NCBI GenBank assembly: GCA_904063045.1
Contig: CAJFCJ010000011.1
Coordinates: 372,001 to 436,000, forward strand
Direction of reading: 5' to 3'
Source of the DNA: Dimorphilus gyrociliatus
Lineage: Eukaryota; Animalia; Annelida
Length of the DNA: 64,000 nucleotides
In this document: positions 39,397 to 53,464 of the stretch, one piece after another
Layout of the letters: each line of letters opens with the position of its first letter
How positions within the stretch are numbered: position 1 is the first letter of the stretch
Made by a program: the position numbers and the translations under genes
The notes under the pieces: model-generated
Told to the model about the DNA's origin: nothing
What the model saw: only the letters and a program-made list of their open reading frames with translations
Database searches by the model: none

Positions 39397-41343
39397 ATGA
39401 CTCGGAAAGAAAATAATCACAATATGCTTCCGTATTTGTCGAATGAAGACGATTACGAGGACTTCGAATCTAGTAGAAGTGATGTAGATTATATTGAAAC
39501 AGAAAGAACCTCTCAAATATTTCGTATAGCTGAACCTTTAGCCACGGAAAGACCCACAGAAGATGATTTTGAATCTGATGATGAATCTTTTGGATCGAGA
39601 GAAATGAGTTCCTTAAGTATTGCATCTAAATTCATTATTTAAGTATATGTATTTATATACTATTCTATCACTTAAAGTGGCTGATACTGAAATAGAAGTT
39701 AACAGTGATGATGAAAAGGAAATTATGAAACAAATAAAGGAAGAGATTACTATGAAATTAAAGAAAGATATGAAAACAGAGCTTGATCTTATCGAAGAAA
39801 AAAAGAAAAACTTACATGAAGAGAAACTCGCTTCAGACGAAGAAGACGAAGAAGAAATAGATCCAAAGCTAAAGGAAGCTATTATTCAAATGAAAAAGCT
39901 TGACAGAATACTTAAGAAGAAAGTAAAAAGAGAAAAAGAAGTGAAGCGTGATCGAATACTTCTTGAGAGGAGGTAAAACATAATACACTTAAGTTGTTAC
40001 TATAATAAAAGGATATTAAAAAATTTAGACTAAAAGAAGAATTGCAACAGCTTGCAAATGACAAGGGCGAAAGTCGAGAAGTTAAACAAAATATGTCTAA
40101 ATTTTTGGCGCTGACGTTACCTGTAAGTCATAATCAAGGGGTAGATGTGGAAAAAGATGATTTTTCTATGTCTCCTCCCCTCTCTCCCGTCTTTGCAACA
40201 CAACCCCCTGAGCAACCTGGATCTCAAAGATCACAAAACACTCAGAACAGCGCTTCTGAAAAATCGAGTGAAAGGGGCAAATCAAGAAGTAATCCTAGCC
40301 AAGCTTCGTCAACTTCAATGAAAAATAGAAGGAAAAATTTCATAAAAAGAAATAAAGAGGTAAAATTGAATTTGCTAAAGACAAACTAAAAAGTTTTCTT
40401 TTATTCTCAGCTTGCAGCGGATGCTGCAAATTCAATAGCAATGACTGATGACGAAAAAAAGAGGCTTGCCGACCTTTTGAGCGATATTGACAATATACCA
40501 GACAGTATTGAAGAAAGTAGCGTTGTAAATATCCAAATTTGTATTATTATCACATATTATTTCTTACACTTGTTCTTATAGTATTCAGGGCATACACTAA
40601 CAACAGTATCAGTTCCGAGTGAAAGGGGATTTCAACCTGAAATTGAAGAACAAGAACGCCTTGAAGCAATAGATTCGAAGCTGAAGTTTCTTTTACCACC
40701 AGAAGAATTTGACGCAATGACTTATGTATCAAAAGATGTAAGAATTATTTTTATTTCTGTTCAATATCCTGTTAATAGGTTGTAAATTTCTTAGAGTGAA
40801 AGTTCCAAAAGTCGAATTTTTTCTAGATCTAAGAAGCCTATAATTGAGGTGGATGAACCAGGAGAAGAAGTACTCCTCTGGCAACAAAGAAATAGAGAGG
40901 AATCTGATAAGCTATTATATATTGAAAATCAATTAAAATCTTTGTCAGAAGCTGTAGAGGAAGAGGTAGTCAATTACACAGTCCTTGTCTAAATATAATC
41001 AGTTAAAAAATATGTTTATATAAAGATAGAATCCCCAAAATTGACCGATGAACAACTGCTGGAACTATTAGAACAATGTAACAGAACTATATCTAACGGA
41101 GAGAGCATCACAGGATCAAGGTAATTATGTAGTAAAACTAGCGCATAATTATAACTAAATGTCAATTTTAAAAAATTCAGTCGGTCAGGAGATACCTTAA
41201 CAAATATAACAACCCCATCGACTAACCGGCAACCTTCTCTGCCCGCTATAGATCCAAAGGGAACTCTTATAACACAAAATATTAATAACAGGTCTTCTGC
41301 TTCTTCAATAAGATCTAGTTGTTCTAACTCCAGTCGGTATTAA
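39397..41343 (+). CDS. FSIP1: Fibrous sheath-interacting protein 1-like, multi-exon (start uncertain)
   Basis: DPKLKEAIIQMKKLDRILKKK, NFIKRNKELAADA..MTDDEKKRLADLL and ERLEAIDSKL resemble conserved FSIP1 blocks. Confidence 0.7.
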
Positions 41344-41601
41344 ACGGTGTTTTTTTCTACTTATATACTTATATACTTTCTATATGTTTGAAACAAAGTT
41401 AATAAACTATATTTTTGTTTTCATCGTTGATTTTTTTATAAAAATAAATTTAATAAATAATAATAGGCCTATTAATGAGTAAACTGTATCTATTAATGAA
41501 AAGTTAAAAAAATATTTAACGGAGCAAATTGATGCTGAATGCCAAGTTTTAAGTTTGTATACACTAAATATAGGCCAAAATTGAACGGATATCCGTTTAT
41601 C

Positions 41602-41616
41602 AGCGCCATCTAGGGG
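41602..41616 (-). promoter_or_regulatory. CTCF-like motif
   Basis: The minus strand reads CCCCTAGATGGCGCT. Similar TAGATG[GT]CG cores occur at about 1513, 60941 and 61439. Confidence 0.35.
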
Positions 41617-41691
41617 AAATATTTGTTTTTACCCGCTCATTTTTTTATATTTGACATAATTTTCTGTATAGCCTTAATAGTCTATTCCAAC

Positions 41692-43228
41692 ATGAAGCTA
41701 GTATGTTCGATTGACATGAGGAAGAGATCAATGGGTTGCTCTGTTGGACAGGTACGTTTGAAAATTTAAAAATATATCCGTATTCTTTAAGAGCATAATC
41801 ACTACTTCGATCAGACTAAAAAGGGTAAATCGGTTGTCTCGATCGGTTATATGTCGGCAACAAGTAAAGAACCTCAATTATCTATATGTACAAAACAGGA
41901 CAAAAGAGGATCGGCATTTAGGGTAAATATTATAATAACTTAAACATTCATCAAGACAATTTTCCATTTTAGATTCGTAACAATCTTTTAAAAGTTCATA
42001 CAAAATTTGTTAGCGAAGGTAAAGCAACAATTTCATTAAATGAACCAGAAATGGATATATGTATAAGTCACGTAAATGATCTTAAATATAAATTAAATAA
42101 TGCCATTGTTAAAACTAACTGTCTTATTTAAGGCTGATAAAGAAAATTTACAAAAGTTTCTTAATGCTCTTAAAGCAGTTTTAACTAATAAAGAATTCGG
42201 AATTAATGATTTTAAAATCATTAAGCCTGTCACTGCCAAAAATGTTGGTATATTTAATAATCTTTCTGATACTTTATTCATGATTAAATATTCCTTAGGT
42301 CAAAAATTTACAATCTTCCTTATCAATTACCGATAAAAAAAATTATCCCATTATTAAAAATTTTCCGTCTCAGCTGGAAAAACTGGAAGTCTCGTGTGAT
42401 TTAAAAAAAATTGATAATAGAATCTTCCAGGTGAGAAAGTAATATAGCTATTGGGTATATATGTTTCATACTTTTTTTAATTTACAGTTAAAACGCCTCT
42501 CAACTTTAAATTTAAGTCTAAATGTTATTTCCACTCTACCAGAGTTTAATAAAGAAACACTGCAGAATCTCTCTACTCTAATGCTAAATTCAAATCAGTT
42601 GTGTAATTTACCGGAAAGTATTGCGGTGCTTAAAACTCTAGCAACTGTATCTTTGAAATCGAATAATTTTACAAAATTTCCAACTGTTTTGTTTGATTTG
42701 CCAAGGCTGAGAGAATTACATTTAGATGATAACAATATTCAAAAAGTTCCAAATGGAATTGCTCGATTGAAGCGATGTCTAAAAGAGCTTACTTTATCCA
42801 ATTGTTCGTTGGAGGAAGTTGCTGCAGATATCAGATTCCTTAAATTGAATCATTTAGACTTGTCAAATAATCCCAAGATAGCAACAACTTACGACTTTGG
42901 TTCTATTATTGGTTCGAGTGAAGTCGAAGGAATGTTTCCTTCTTTGTTTGAGTTAACTGCATCTTTAATTGCTGTTAGTGAAATCAATACTAGGATTTTA
43001 CCAAAGACGTTACAGAAATCTTTAGCTGATTATGATTACTGCATAAAATGCTTGAGAAGCGGATGTGTTGTTATGTACGAGACAGCAAGATATGTTTGGC
43101 CACTTCGTAAAATATCTGCTGTCTACCTAGCTGTTAATGATGTCGGGTGTAATACAATAATAACACAGAGTAGAATATGTTTACGCTGTGCCTCAAAATC
43201 AATCAATGAAGTAGCAATTATATGCTAA
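41692..43228 (+). CDS. LRR1: Leucine-rich repeat protein 1 (PH-like domain + LRRs, CRL2 substrate receptor)
   Basis: ICTKQDKRGSAFRIRNN...TKFVSEGKATISLNEP..DICIS, KKNYPIIKNFPSQLEKL, then LRRs and a C-terminal PSLFELTA box-like motif. Confidence 0.85.
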
Positions 43229-43642
43229 TGATGAAAATATAATTGTAAAGAATAGCTTTAAACTTTTTTCTATTTTTTTAGGAAAGTACCTTTATGCCTG
43301 AAAAGAAACTACTCTCTTTTAAATTATTCATAAATGTTTGAAGATTATTTTTTTAAAGACTTTTTTTAAAGACTTTTTTTAATAAAGCACATTTTGTGAA
43401 TTTAGATATTTCGAAATTATACCAAGGTTTTCCTTAAGTTTTGTTGTCAGAAATCATACAATATTGCTTTAGCCTGGTTCCCTGGAAAAATATTGGATAA
43501 TTTGGAAATACCCTCGGGAATGACGAAAATCACGTCACATTGGCGCATGCGTACGAAGAATATCTTCCAGGAACTCATTTTCTGTTTATTGATAAAATGT
43601 GATAAAAGCTTTTAAATATTACCCTTTTCCTCTTCCAAAAAT

Positions 43643-44119
43643 ATGAACCGTTCAAGTATTCAAGAAGCAAATAGTCATATTGAAATGTTATATGAAAGAA
43701 TTCGTGAACTGGAGGCAACTCTCGCTAATCAATCTGAAGCTATGAGAGATATGCAAACGGAACACGAGCATCAGCTTCAGCAATTATCTTCCTATAAAGA
43801 TACACAAATTTCAGCATTACAGCAACATCTTGACTCATCAGAGCATACTGTTAGAAAGCTAATGAAAAAATCAAAATCTAGAGAACTAGAAGCTCAAAGA
43901 AGAGAGCACGCTCTTACTTCCGAATTCGAAAGAATACTATATTATAAACCAACTCTAGAAAAATTAGTTAGCACAATGAATTCATTAGGAGAGAGAATGA
44001 ATGATAAAGAAACAGAGTGCGTCCAACGTGGGGTTTCACCGACTGAATCTCATGATGATAGTGGTTACCCAAGTGATGTTGTTGGCAGTGCAAAATCTGA
44101 TAAAGAACTTTACTTTTAG
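43643..44119 (+). CDS. VMAC: VMAC-like coiled-coil protein
   Basis: IQEANSHI and KDTQISALQQHLDSSEHTVRKL resemble VMAC IREANAHL and KDREIATLQEQLMTSEATVHSL (comparison from memory). Confidence 0.62.
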   Translation: MNRSSIQEANSHIEMLYERIRELEATLANQSEAMRDMQTEHEHQLQQLSSYKDTQISALQQHLDSSEHTVRKLMKKSKSRELEAQRREHALTSEFERILYYKPTLEKLVSTMNSLGERMNDKETECVQRGVSPTESHDDSGYPSDVVGSAKSDKELYF

Positions 44120-44771
44120 TAATTTCAACACAATAGGGTTAAAATCAAAACGAAAATCTTCTAACGAACTTCCTTCACCGTAGATGCATCAATAATTTCA
44201 CTATTTAGAGATGATCAATACAGAAAAACAATCGCATTAGAAATCTAAAAAATGAAAGTTGAATGTTTACGTTCGTGACACACATGTTACAGTTTAAGCT
44301 ATCTAAATTTCATTGTGATTTCCAATGTTTCACTAGTAATATTATTGTAGTAATACTTATACATTAACAATTTTAGAAAATATTTATTTATTGAGCTAAT
44401 ACCGTCCCAAACTCAATGTTTTTACATAAAATCGAATTTCTTTCAATAAAACGACTAATCAGGTTGATGTTTTGTCTCTGATATAAACACATTCGAATAC
44501 AATAATACTGTACTAGACCTCATATTTTGAAATTTTACTCTATTTAGAATAATAAACGCTCAGAATACAAACAAATCTATTTTCATCTCTTCAACGTGAG
44601 GTTTAACTGAGGTTAAATTGGAACAATTCGGTCGTTTGCAAGTAAACTCACAATCATTATCACTAAATACAAATTAGTTCTTATCTATTGGCGTGAGATA
44701 AAGATATTGAGTTAAAGTGAGTAATGTTACTGTATATAAAGCATACTACAAGTTATTTAGCCAAAAGAAGT

Positions 44772-47700
44772 ATGTCCGCGGTTATAGATTCAAACGAAAT
44801 TAAGCTTTTAAATAAAAAAAGGAGGGATAAAGAGCCATTATGGTTAGTGAAGAAAATGATAGAAAATCCCAAGTTAGCCTTCGGTAAGACTTTTTTTTAA
44901 TTAGAGCTTAGTTCTCTATGTAAATTTATCATACAGGAATAACGTTGGGCGCTCATGTATTCATGATATTGTTAACAATTTTACTTGTTATTGCCAAAGT
45001 TAAAGTCTTTCCAATCAATTTTCGAACCTTTCCTGTTGGTATCAAGAATTCTGTTCAGTCTAAAAGAGAGTCTGCATGGGAAGGAAAATTCTCGGACGAT
45101 CCACAGCGCATAAGAAGAGTGGTTATCAATGACACTACTCCATATTGGCCAAGGGGACATACAACTGACGATATAGAAATTTTCTTAAAATCGAAAAAGT
45201 CTGGTAATACTATCTTTACGAAAGGAAACTTAAAACAAATGAAAGATATTGAAGAAAAACTCTTTAAAGTTGAAAAATATAAGGATTTTTGTCAAGTGAA
45301 CAAAGAAAACAAATGTCTTCCTCCCGTTTCTTTAATAAGATTTTTCGACGGAACCTACTCTAATGTCGATCCAATTTTCAACGATCCAGATTTTACAAAT
45401 ATAAATCTTGTATTATATACGGCATATAAGAATCCTCAAACGGCTGGCATATTTCGATATTTTTTAGCAAAGGAACATAAAATAGATGAGAATGCTAAAA
45501 AAATTACAGCAGATCTAACAAGACTTAAATTACCTCTAGGTTGGCCTCTAGAAAATGCTTCAACAACATCAGAAGACAGGGACAAAATAGGAGAGTTCAA
45601 CGAGGACCATATTGAACCAATATTAAAAGAATTTGGAAAATCGGTGGTAGATATGAAATCCTACTATTACATGAATACTATTTTCGGAAATCAAGCTATT
45701 CTTCAGGCAGTTAAGGATATGGCTTTAGCTTTTGGTAGTATGACATTTATATTTCTTTTTATATGGTTTCAAACCAAATCTTTATGGATTACTGGCTGGT
45801 CGCTTCTTGGTATTATCTTTTGTTTCTTTGAGACGAATCTTATTTACCGATTTATATTGGACATGAGATATTTTGGTTACTTTCATATCATCGCTATATT
45901 TATAATTCTGGGGATTGGAGCTGACGATATATTCGTCTTTTTTGACACTTGGAAAGCAACAGGTCTCGAAAGCTATAATTCATTGGCCCATAGGTAGTAT
46001 ACCAGCTATCCTTGATTTGATATCGTGTTTATTTCTCATTTATTTATATTTTTTCAGGTTGTCAGATTGTTATAGGAGGGCTTCTGGCACTATGTTATTT
46101 ACTTCTATTACAACGGCTGCAGCATTTTTCGCATCAGGTGCTTCCCCTATACTTCCTATTGGTACTTTTGGAATATTTACGGGGATATTAGTTATTGTAA
46201 ATTATTTGTCTGTAATTATCTTCTTCCCTACTGTTGTTTTAACAAGTCATTTATACTGGTCGGATTGGAAATGCCCATGTTGTAGAGTCTGCTCTAACAG
46301 AACACACTCTGAAGAAGATTTATCTCAAGAGCAAAACAGCGAAGAAAATTTTATAGTTGGATTCTTTAGAGATAAATATTTTTATTTCATAACGAACAAG
46401 TATGTAAAGTGGGCTATAATTGCTGGATTCACAGGACTTTCAGTATTTTTCGCATGGAGCGCCAGCAGAGTCAAAATTGGAACTGGAGAGGTTAATCAAT
46501 TAGAAAACACTATTGAAATCTATTTTTATGCCTTTTTTTATTATTTCTTAGGTCGAAATATTCAAAAAGTTTCACAACTTAGGCCAATCGTTAGATTATA
46601 AAAACAACGCCTTTCTACCATCAAAAGATACTTATGTCAGTGTAATTATTACATGGGGCATGAAGGAAAGAGACTTTAGTGACTGTCACAAAACTGATCA
46701 TGAATGTAAGGGGAAACAAGTTTGGGATAATGACTTCGACATGAATAAACCAGCAAATCAACTTGCGATAAAGGTAACATAACATGTTAAGAGAAATTGA
46801 ATCTTTCAAATTGACTATTTTGTAAAAGTTAAAGTCTGAATGAGAAAGAACTTCGCCAGAATCTAAAGCTTAATTGTTCATTCTCTAGATTCTTACAAAA
46901 AAAAATACTATTGACTACTTTATCGATCATAAAAGATGAAATATCTGATCTTTATCTACGATAAAAATAACAGCTTTTGTAAACAAGAAGTTGTAACAAG
47001 TTTCTAATTGCGGGACTGAGGGAGGGAGGGGGAAGGGGAGAGGAAATCTTACATTTTATTAATTCCAAATATTAAAGATTAAGACAATATTTATTATGCT
47101 TTTAAACAGAATTTCTGTGATTACATGGAAAATGGATTGATGAAAAAAAAGAAAGATGAGTTAAAGATCGATACTGTTGAATGTTTTATTAAAGCTATGG
47201 ATAACTTTATTCAGGTGGTAAAAATCATTTCTATAAAAACAAATGAATATATTTATCAAGTGGGATATGAAAATTTTACAGAATGATACAGGAATAAACA
47301 ACATAAATCCTATAAAGTTGCCTCTAAATGGAATAAAGGTGCTACCTCTTATGAGAAATCGAACGGATATATATTCAGTAGACAAACTATCTGATAATTT
47401 TTATCGATACTTCGAAGTAAGCTTTAATTAATTGTAACTTGTTTATATTAACAAAAAACACATTTTTTTTATAAATCAGATTGGAACGTCATACTTTTTA
47501 AATAACGCTTATAAAATGGAAGAAACTCAAGATATTAAAACTTATAGTAAGCTTATAGGAGAGTCTTTTGATGGTGAAAATACTCAAGTAGCAAACTTTC
47601 GCTTAGAACGTAATAAAAAATTTTGTATATTTATGGTACAATATATATTCAAGTTTTATTAATTTCGTTAGAAAACGCATCTGATATATTCTATGGAACT

Positions 47701-48649
47701 AAATTAAGGTTCGCTGGTATTAGAGTGAATTTAACATCTTCTTATATGGAATTAGGACAAAGTGAAGGTCTCCCTTTGCAGGACAATTGGGAAGAGTTTG
47801 TTAAAGAAGAGGTAGGAAATTGGAAAAACTTTAAAATTCTAATAGAATTATTCTAATAGTTGATTTTTTTCCAAGGTTGCTAAAATGCCTAGAGAATTAC
47901 AAAATGGATTTCAGCTGACTGAGAATAATGTATGGCATATTTTAGTAATACAAAAGGAATTGACAAGAAATGCTCTACTTGGGATTATAATCGGATTGTG
48001 TATAGCTTTCCCAGTTTTAGTTATAGCCACAGAAAACATCATTGTGGGATCACTTGCGACATTAACAATTGGTTTCGTGACTGTGGGAGTTATTGGTCTC
48101 ATACCAATATTCTCTTGGAAACTGGACGTACTTGTTTCTTTAAACTTATGTCTGGTAGTTGGATTATCTGTTGATTATGTGGTTCATTTAGCTGAAGCCT
48201 ATCATTTATCCGTGCGCAAAACAAGACCAGAACGAGTACAAGATGCTCTAGAGCATATTGGTCTCTCAGTATTATCAGGTGCATTAACCACTTTGGGCGC
48301 CAGCTTCTTTATGATTTTTAGTGGCCTAGTTTTCTTCTTCCAATTCGGTCTCTTCATGTTTACAACAATCGCTTTGTCACTTTTATACTCCATGGTCTTT
48401 TTTATGACCGTCCTATCTATAATTGGACCACAAGGCCAAATTGGCTGCCTTCGCAGTCTATTTAGAATTATAAAGGGTAAAATACTTGGGAAAATACATG
48501 AAAATGAGCAAAAATGTACAGACTGTAAGGGAAAAGGCTATGTACCCATTCAGACGGAGTTAGAAGAGGCTGTTATTGAAAGAATAGAACTTAAAGGACA
48601 AAAAGAGGGTGTTTACCTCGACGAAGTTTTACGCACTGCTCAGCTATAA
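44772..48649 (+). CDS. Dispatched/Patched-family sterol-sensing RND protein, multi-exon
   Basis: GIGADDIFVF and VGLSVDYVVHLA (twin GxxxD motifs), SGALTTLGAS, and two 5-6 TM blocks. Confidence 0.87.
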
Positions 48650-49946
48650 TTAGCATTTGTTAAAATAAGTATTTTTAACGTAGGAAAACACTTTTTTATG
48701 AAATGTACCTGATTTATTTTTACACTAGTGCATTATTTTTTGAGCTTTCATGTGGTGTTATTGTTTGCCTTTTTTTTTTTTTTTGACTTTATGTGGAAAC
48801 TAAACTGCAGAAATTTTTTATCAAAAATTGTTGAAATCTGTTAAATATTTTCTTTTTATAGCTGAAAATTCCATAATACAATCGAATGTTCACGTGCTAT
48901 ACCTTAACAAAAAAATACAGAATTCCTTATGTAATAAAAAGGCGTAACCACTGAACAAAAATACTTTATTTATACCATAGTACGTCGTTTCATAGGCAGT
49001 TAAAAAAATGTATAAGAAATTTTATAAAAATGAATAAAAAAAATTAATTTTGTTGCTTTGGCAACGTCGTGCATCACTACATACGATATAAAACTTATAA
49101 GTTTTTTATATATTACAAAGAGTTATTTCTTTTTACCCTATGTCTAACATCGATATCCACGAAATAAAAGTATGCAGCGGAAATCAAAGTCAGACAGTAC
49201 GTTTTTTTGTTTTTTACAGGTATAACACACAATGTCATCCCTACTTTTTTGATAATTAATGGTCAAAAATTTCATACTATATATTATAAGAAATTGTATT
49301 GTTGAGATTTCGGGGGTTATATTTTCGATTGAACGGCGAATATTAAAGCAGGTCACGAAATCAGACAGTTTGTCTCGGAATCCAGGGCAATGCGCATGCG
49401 TCCAGACTTGTTTACGAGAAGAATGCACCACGTGACCTCAATAGTGTCATGGCGGACACGGTCAAGATGCGACGATGTCGGCAAAATGAGTGATTTTTTC
49501 AATAAAATAATAAAATTTGCAATGAACGTCGGTTGTATTCAATACTATATTTATAGATGAGTATGTTATCTTTTTTTAAATCTTATAAAATGTAGATCTT
49601 ATATGCAATAGCGTCTAACTAATCAACTCGTGAACGTGGGTGTTTAAAGAGTGAAACTAATTGTTTGCAGTATAATGTTAAAACCGTCACGACTCGATAG
49701 TTTAGATACTTTACTCAATATTGTTTTAATCACAAAAAAAGAACTATATCTAAACGATGCTGCTAGCGCAGGTGTTTTAAAGAGAACATTGTTTTCAAGG
49801 CCTGTCAAAACAACTTTATATGTACTGACATTGATTAATGAATATCCCACTCAGACATCATCGAAACATAAATTGTTTACCTCATCACGAAGAACAAATC
49901 TAGTCAATTTCCTGTTAAAGAACATTTTCCTACATAGAAAATAATT

Positions 49947-52900
49947 ATGGCGCAAGCTGGCGGGAAGCAGGCAGCAAAAGTCGGATTTCTGAAAAAGCTC
50001 AGGAATAAAAAGGTAATTTAAAGACAATGAAATTAAAACTCTTAATTAGATTCACTTTCAGGTGACACTTGACCTCTTGCCGCATAATCTTGTTAGTTTG
50101 GTCCTTAGGGAATATTTCAATATTATAATAAAATATTTTATATTTCAACAGTTATCAAAAAAATATTTTATATTGCGATCGGATACACTAAGTTTGGAAT
50201 ACCATGACAACAGCAAACGAGCATTCGAAAGTGCTCCTAAGAAAAGTATTAAGTTACGGGATTGCGTAGGGTAAGTGATGTTGTAAAGTTACTTATGTAG
50301 CTTCGTTTAATTCGTCTTTACTTTACTAAACTGCAACAACTTTATTGATACTTGTAGATTTTGTATGAAGGATGAACATCAAAAAGTGAAAAATGTACTG
50401 GAAATTTACTGGTCGAGAGATGTGCTCAAAATTGCTTTTGATTCTCTTGAAGAAAGGCAACAATGGCATGATGAGATAAAAAGCCTCCTTGCAGATGAAA
50501 TCTTCCTTCCGACAGAATGGACTCCAAAATTTGGTAAACTGAATTTTGAAAAAAATTTGTAGAATTGTATTCTAACAATAGCTTCCAATTCATAGCTAAA
50601 ATATACCAAGGTCACTTGAAACCACAAGCTGAGGGCGACCACGGTAGCCCTTCTGGCCGGCTAACTTGTGGAATTTATCGAGTTATAGTCCTTCCTGAAC
50701 ACTGCATCGTTAAAAAGGCTTCCGACGAAGAGAATATTGAATTTGAAGTGCCAGTAAGTATTAGTTTATTTTGAATAAATTGCAATGGTAATCGAAATAT
50801 TTTTTACAACCAGTATAAAAATTGTGTTCGACGAGTCGGACATAAAGACAACTATTTCATGATTGAATTAGGGAGACAAGCAGAACCTGGGCCAGGAAAG
50901 TTTTGGTTATGTTTGGAAGATAAGAATGATGCAAAATCTTTACATTCTTCATTTAATTTGTAAGAATTTATCAATAGTTAATCATTTCTCTTGCTTATCA
51001 TATATTATTTTATAGACATTTAACTTCCTCATCGAAATCAGAAACCCCAAGTCATAAAAATTCCAGTATGAATTCATTAACGGGGTCAACTGAGGACCCT
51101 ATTAGAGATCGAGCTCCATCGAATACCTCAACATCGTCCAAACCTATATTTGTACCTCAGAGACGTCCACATAACGTAGAGGATTCCCACGTACCAACCA
51201 AAAAAATCAACGTCTCAACTTCTCAATCTAACAGATCTAATAGACCACCCTCTGCTTCACCATCACAGTAATTAATTTTTTATTAAAACAAATCTTCTAC
51301 TATGGATTAAATTTTGCATTATTATCAGGACTTTTTCACCCACCGACTCGTTCTCATATATGAAACGGGCCCGTACGAATAGCTTTGAATCGGCCACTAG
51401 CCATACAAGTGATAGTCCCATGGATAACAATTCTAGGTAAAAACTAAAATGAAGCATAGCTATAGTATTTTTAAAGCAACATCATTTTGTTAATAGTACG
51501 TCAGTTGATGATTATTTACCAATGACGCCTTCGGAGAGCAGTGGTAAGTCATTATTTTACTCTTAAAATCGAAAATTTAATTAATTTATTATGCGAAATT
51601 ATCTGGTTTACTATATTTTGCATAAAAAAAATAGAATTATGAGCAAAAAGTATATTCCAAAAATTTTGATCCATTATAACAACCCAGATAATACTACCAC
51701 CTTAAACGGCGGCATTATACCACGTAAGTTTGGTGTCGGTTTAAAGGGGGCTATGAATAATCACAAGAAATTTATGCATATTATATATACGTACATATAT
51801 ATATATATATATGTATATATGTATATGTATACTCTAATTTCCTTTGTTTTATTTTCTTGTAGAAAATATTAAAAAAAAACTAAGAACACGCCTTTGCTTT
51901 TTTTATTTTTTAATCTTTCGCCAATTTTAATCTAAGACAAAAGAGGTTATACTATTTACTAATTTTATTTTATAATAATTTTTCAAGGTATCACCTTTTC
52001 GCCTTCAAATAGTCGTCAGGATCCACCTCAATGTACTGGATATATGGAAATGAAACCAGGTGATGATGGAGACCACGGTTAGTTTACATCTGATTTTTAC
52101 GTTTTCTTACAAGTGAAGCTTATTTATTTACAAGACAATTATATTACATATATTCACTCTTTTATTAGGGAGTAACGATTATATTGAAATGACACCACCA
52201 CCTGGTAAAAAAGGGAGTTTATCAAATACGCCAGCTCCCTACTTGGATATGACGCCAATATCTAATGCCTTACCACCTGTTGATGAGAAAACATGTAAGT
52301 TATTGTAATTACTCAAGAAAATGAAACAATTAAATTATTTAATACCTTCAAAAGTTTTTGAGGGTTATGTAGAAATGAAGAGTAGCAAAGATCCGTCTGC
52401 TATGAAGTCTAGGACTAATGTCCAGATGGACCGTGTCGTATCTTATCTGAAAGAAGATACGTCTTTACCGAAAAGAGCAAATAGTGTAGGATCAAGACCG
52501 AAGAATAGTCAATCAGGGGATGAAGACGATAAGTGTAATTCAGCACCTCACCTCTGGAACGAACAAGGAAATAGACAAAGGTCCGGGACGGTTTCTATTG
52601 TTAATCATCGACAAAGGACTTCTACAATAAGTGAAGATATGAGAATGAGAACAGGAAGTTTTGGCAGCTTTGCTGTTGAGCGACCCAGATCACATTCTCA
52701 CGGTGGTGGCTCAACCGTTCGTGATCTGAGAATCCAGTCCAAAGAGTTGGCGCTGAAAACAGTAAGAGCAAAGACTCTTAACTCCCAATCGAAAACGAAG
52801 CCTCCAAGTGGGGGTAGCATTGGTCGTTCACAAAGAATTAACACATCACAAAATGATGTACATGAAATTAGTCGTTCCCCCGATTTACGACGCCTAGAAA

Positions 52901-53142
52901 ATGAACCAAATTCCATTCATAATAGGTCAAACTATCTGTCTATGTCGCCTGGGTCCAACACAAGTAAGGACGACGGATATGCTGATATGGACTATACACC
53001 TTCGAAAGGGAACACTTCATCAAGTGCTGGAACCGATGAATATTTTGAAATGGCAATTGAGCCTGCAGCCATTGTTCAAGCTACTACCGTCGATTCACAT
53101 CAACATGAATATACTGAAATTAATTACTGCAAGAAACAGTAA
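49947..53142 (+). CDS. IRS: Insulin receptor substrate (IRS/Chico-like), multi-exon; 3' end uncertain
   Basis: PH domain (VGFLKK...KKYFILR...LEYHDN), PTB domain (RRVGHKDNYFMIELGR..PGPGKFW), RPRSHS/RANS motifs, and about 8 YxxM motifs (YLPM, YMEM, YIEM, YLDM, YVEM, YLSM, YADM, YFEM). Confidence 0.88.
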
Positions 53143-53464
53143 TTTCGTTGTAATACCGTAATTAATCGTTTGTTTATGCTCAATCGGTCGATATAAAAAA
53201 ATCTGCTTATTTATCAATTAATATAAGGAAGATTTCGAATAAATCTTTGATTAAATCTATTATATTAAACTTGCATTATTTGTCATTGATAACTACACTT
53301 TTCTAATTTAATAGTCAAGAATAGGAACCAGTCAAAAATACACCCCAGTGCCATCTGTAGTTAGAATAATTTTACTTCCACATCACCCGATTAAGATATT
53401 TTCCCTATTTACTAGCAATTTTAAAAATCTCTTGTCTATTCGATTTGTCATTCAGTTTTTAATA

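Noticed and set aside
51591-51872. 93-aa ORF inside the IRS gene
   Set aside because: It lies in an AT-rich intron, includes a TA microsatellite and has a low-complexity I/Y/K composition.
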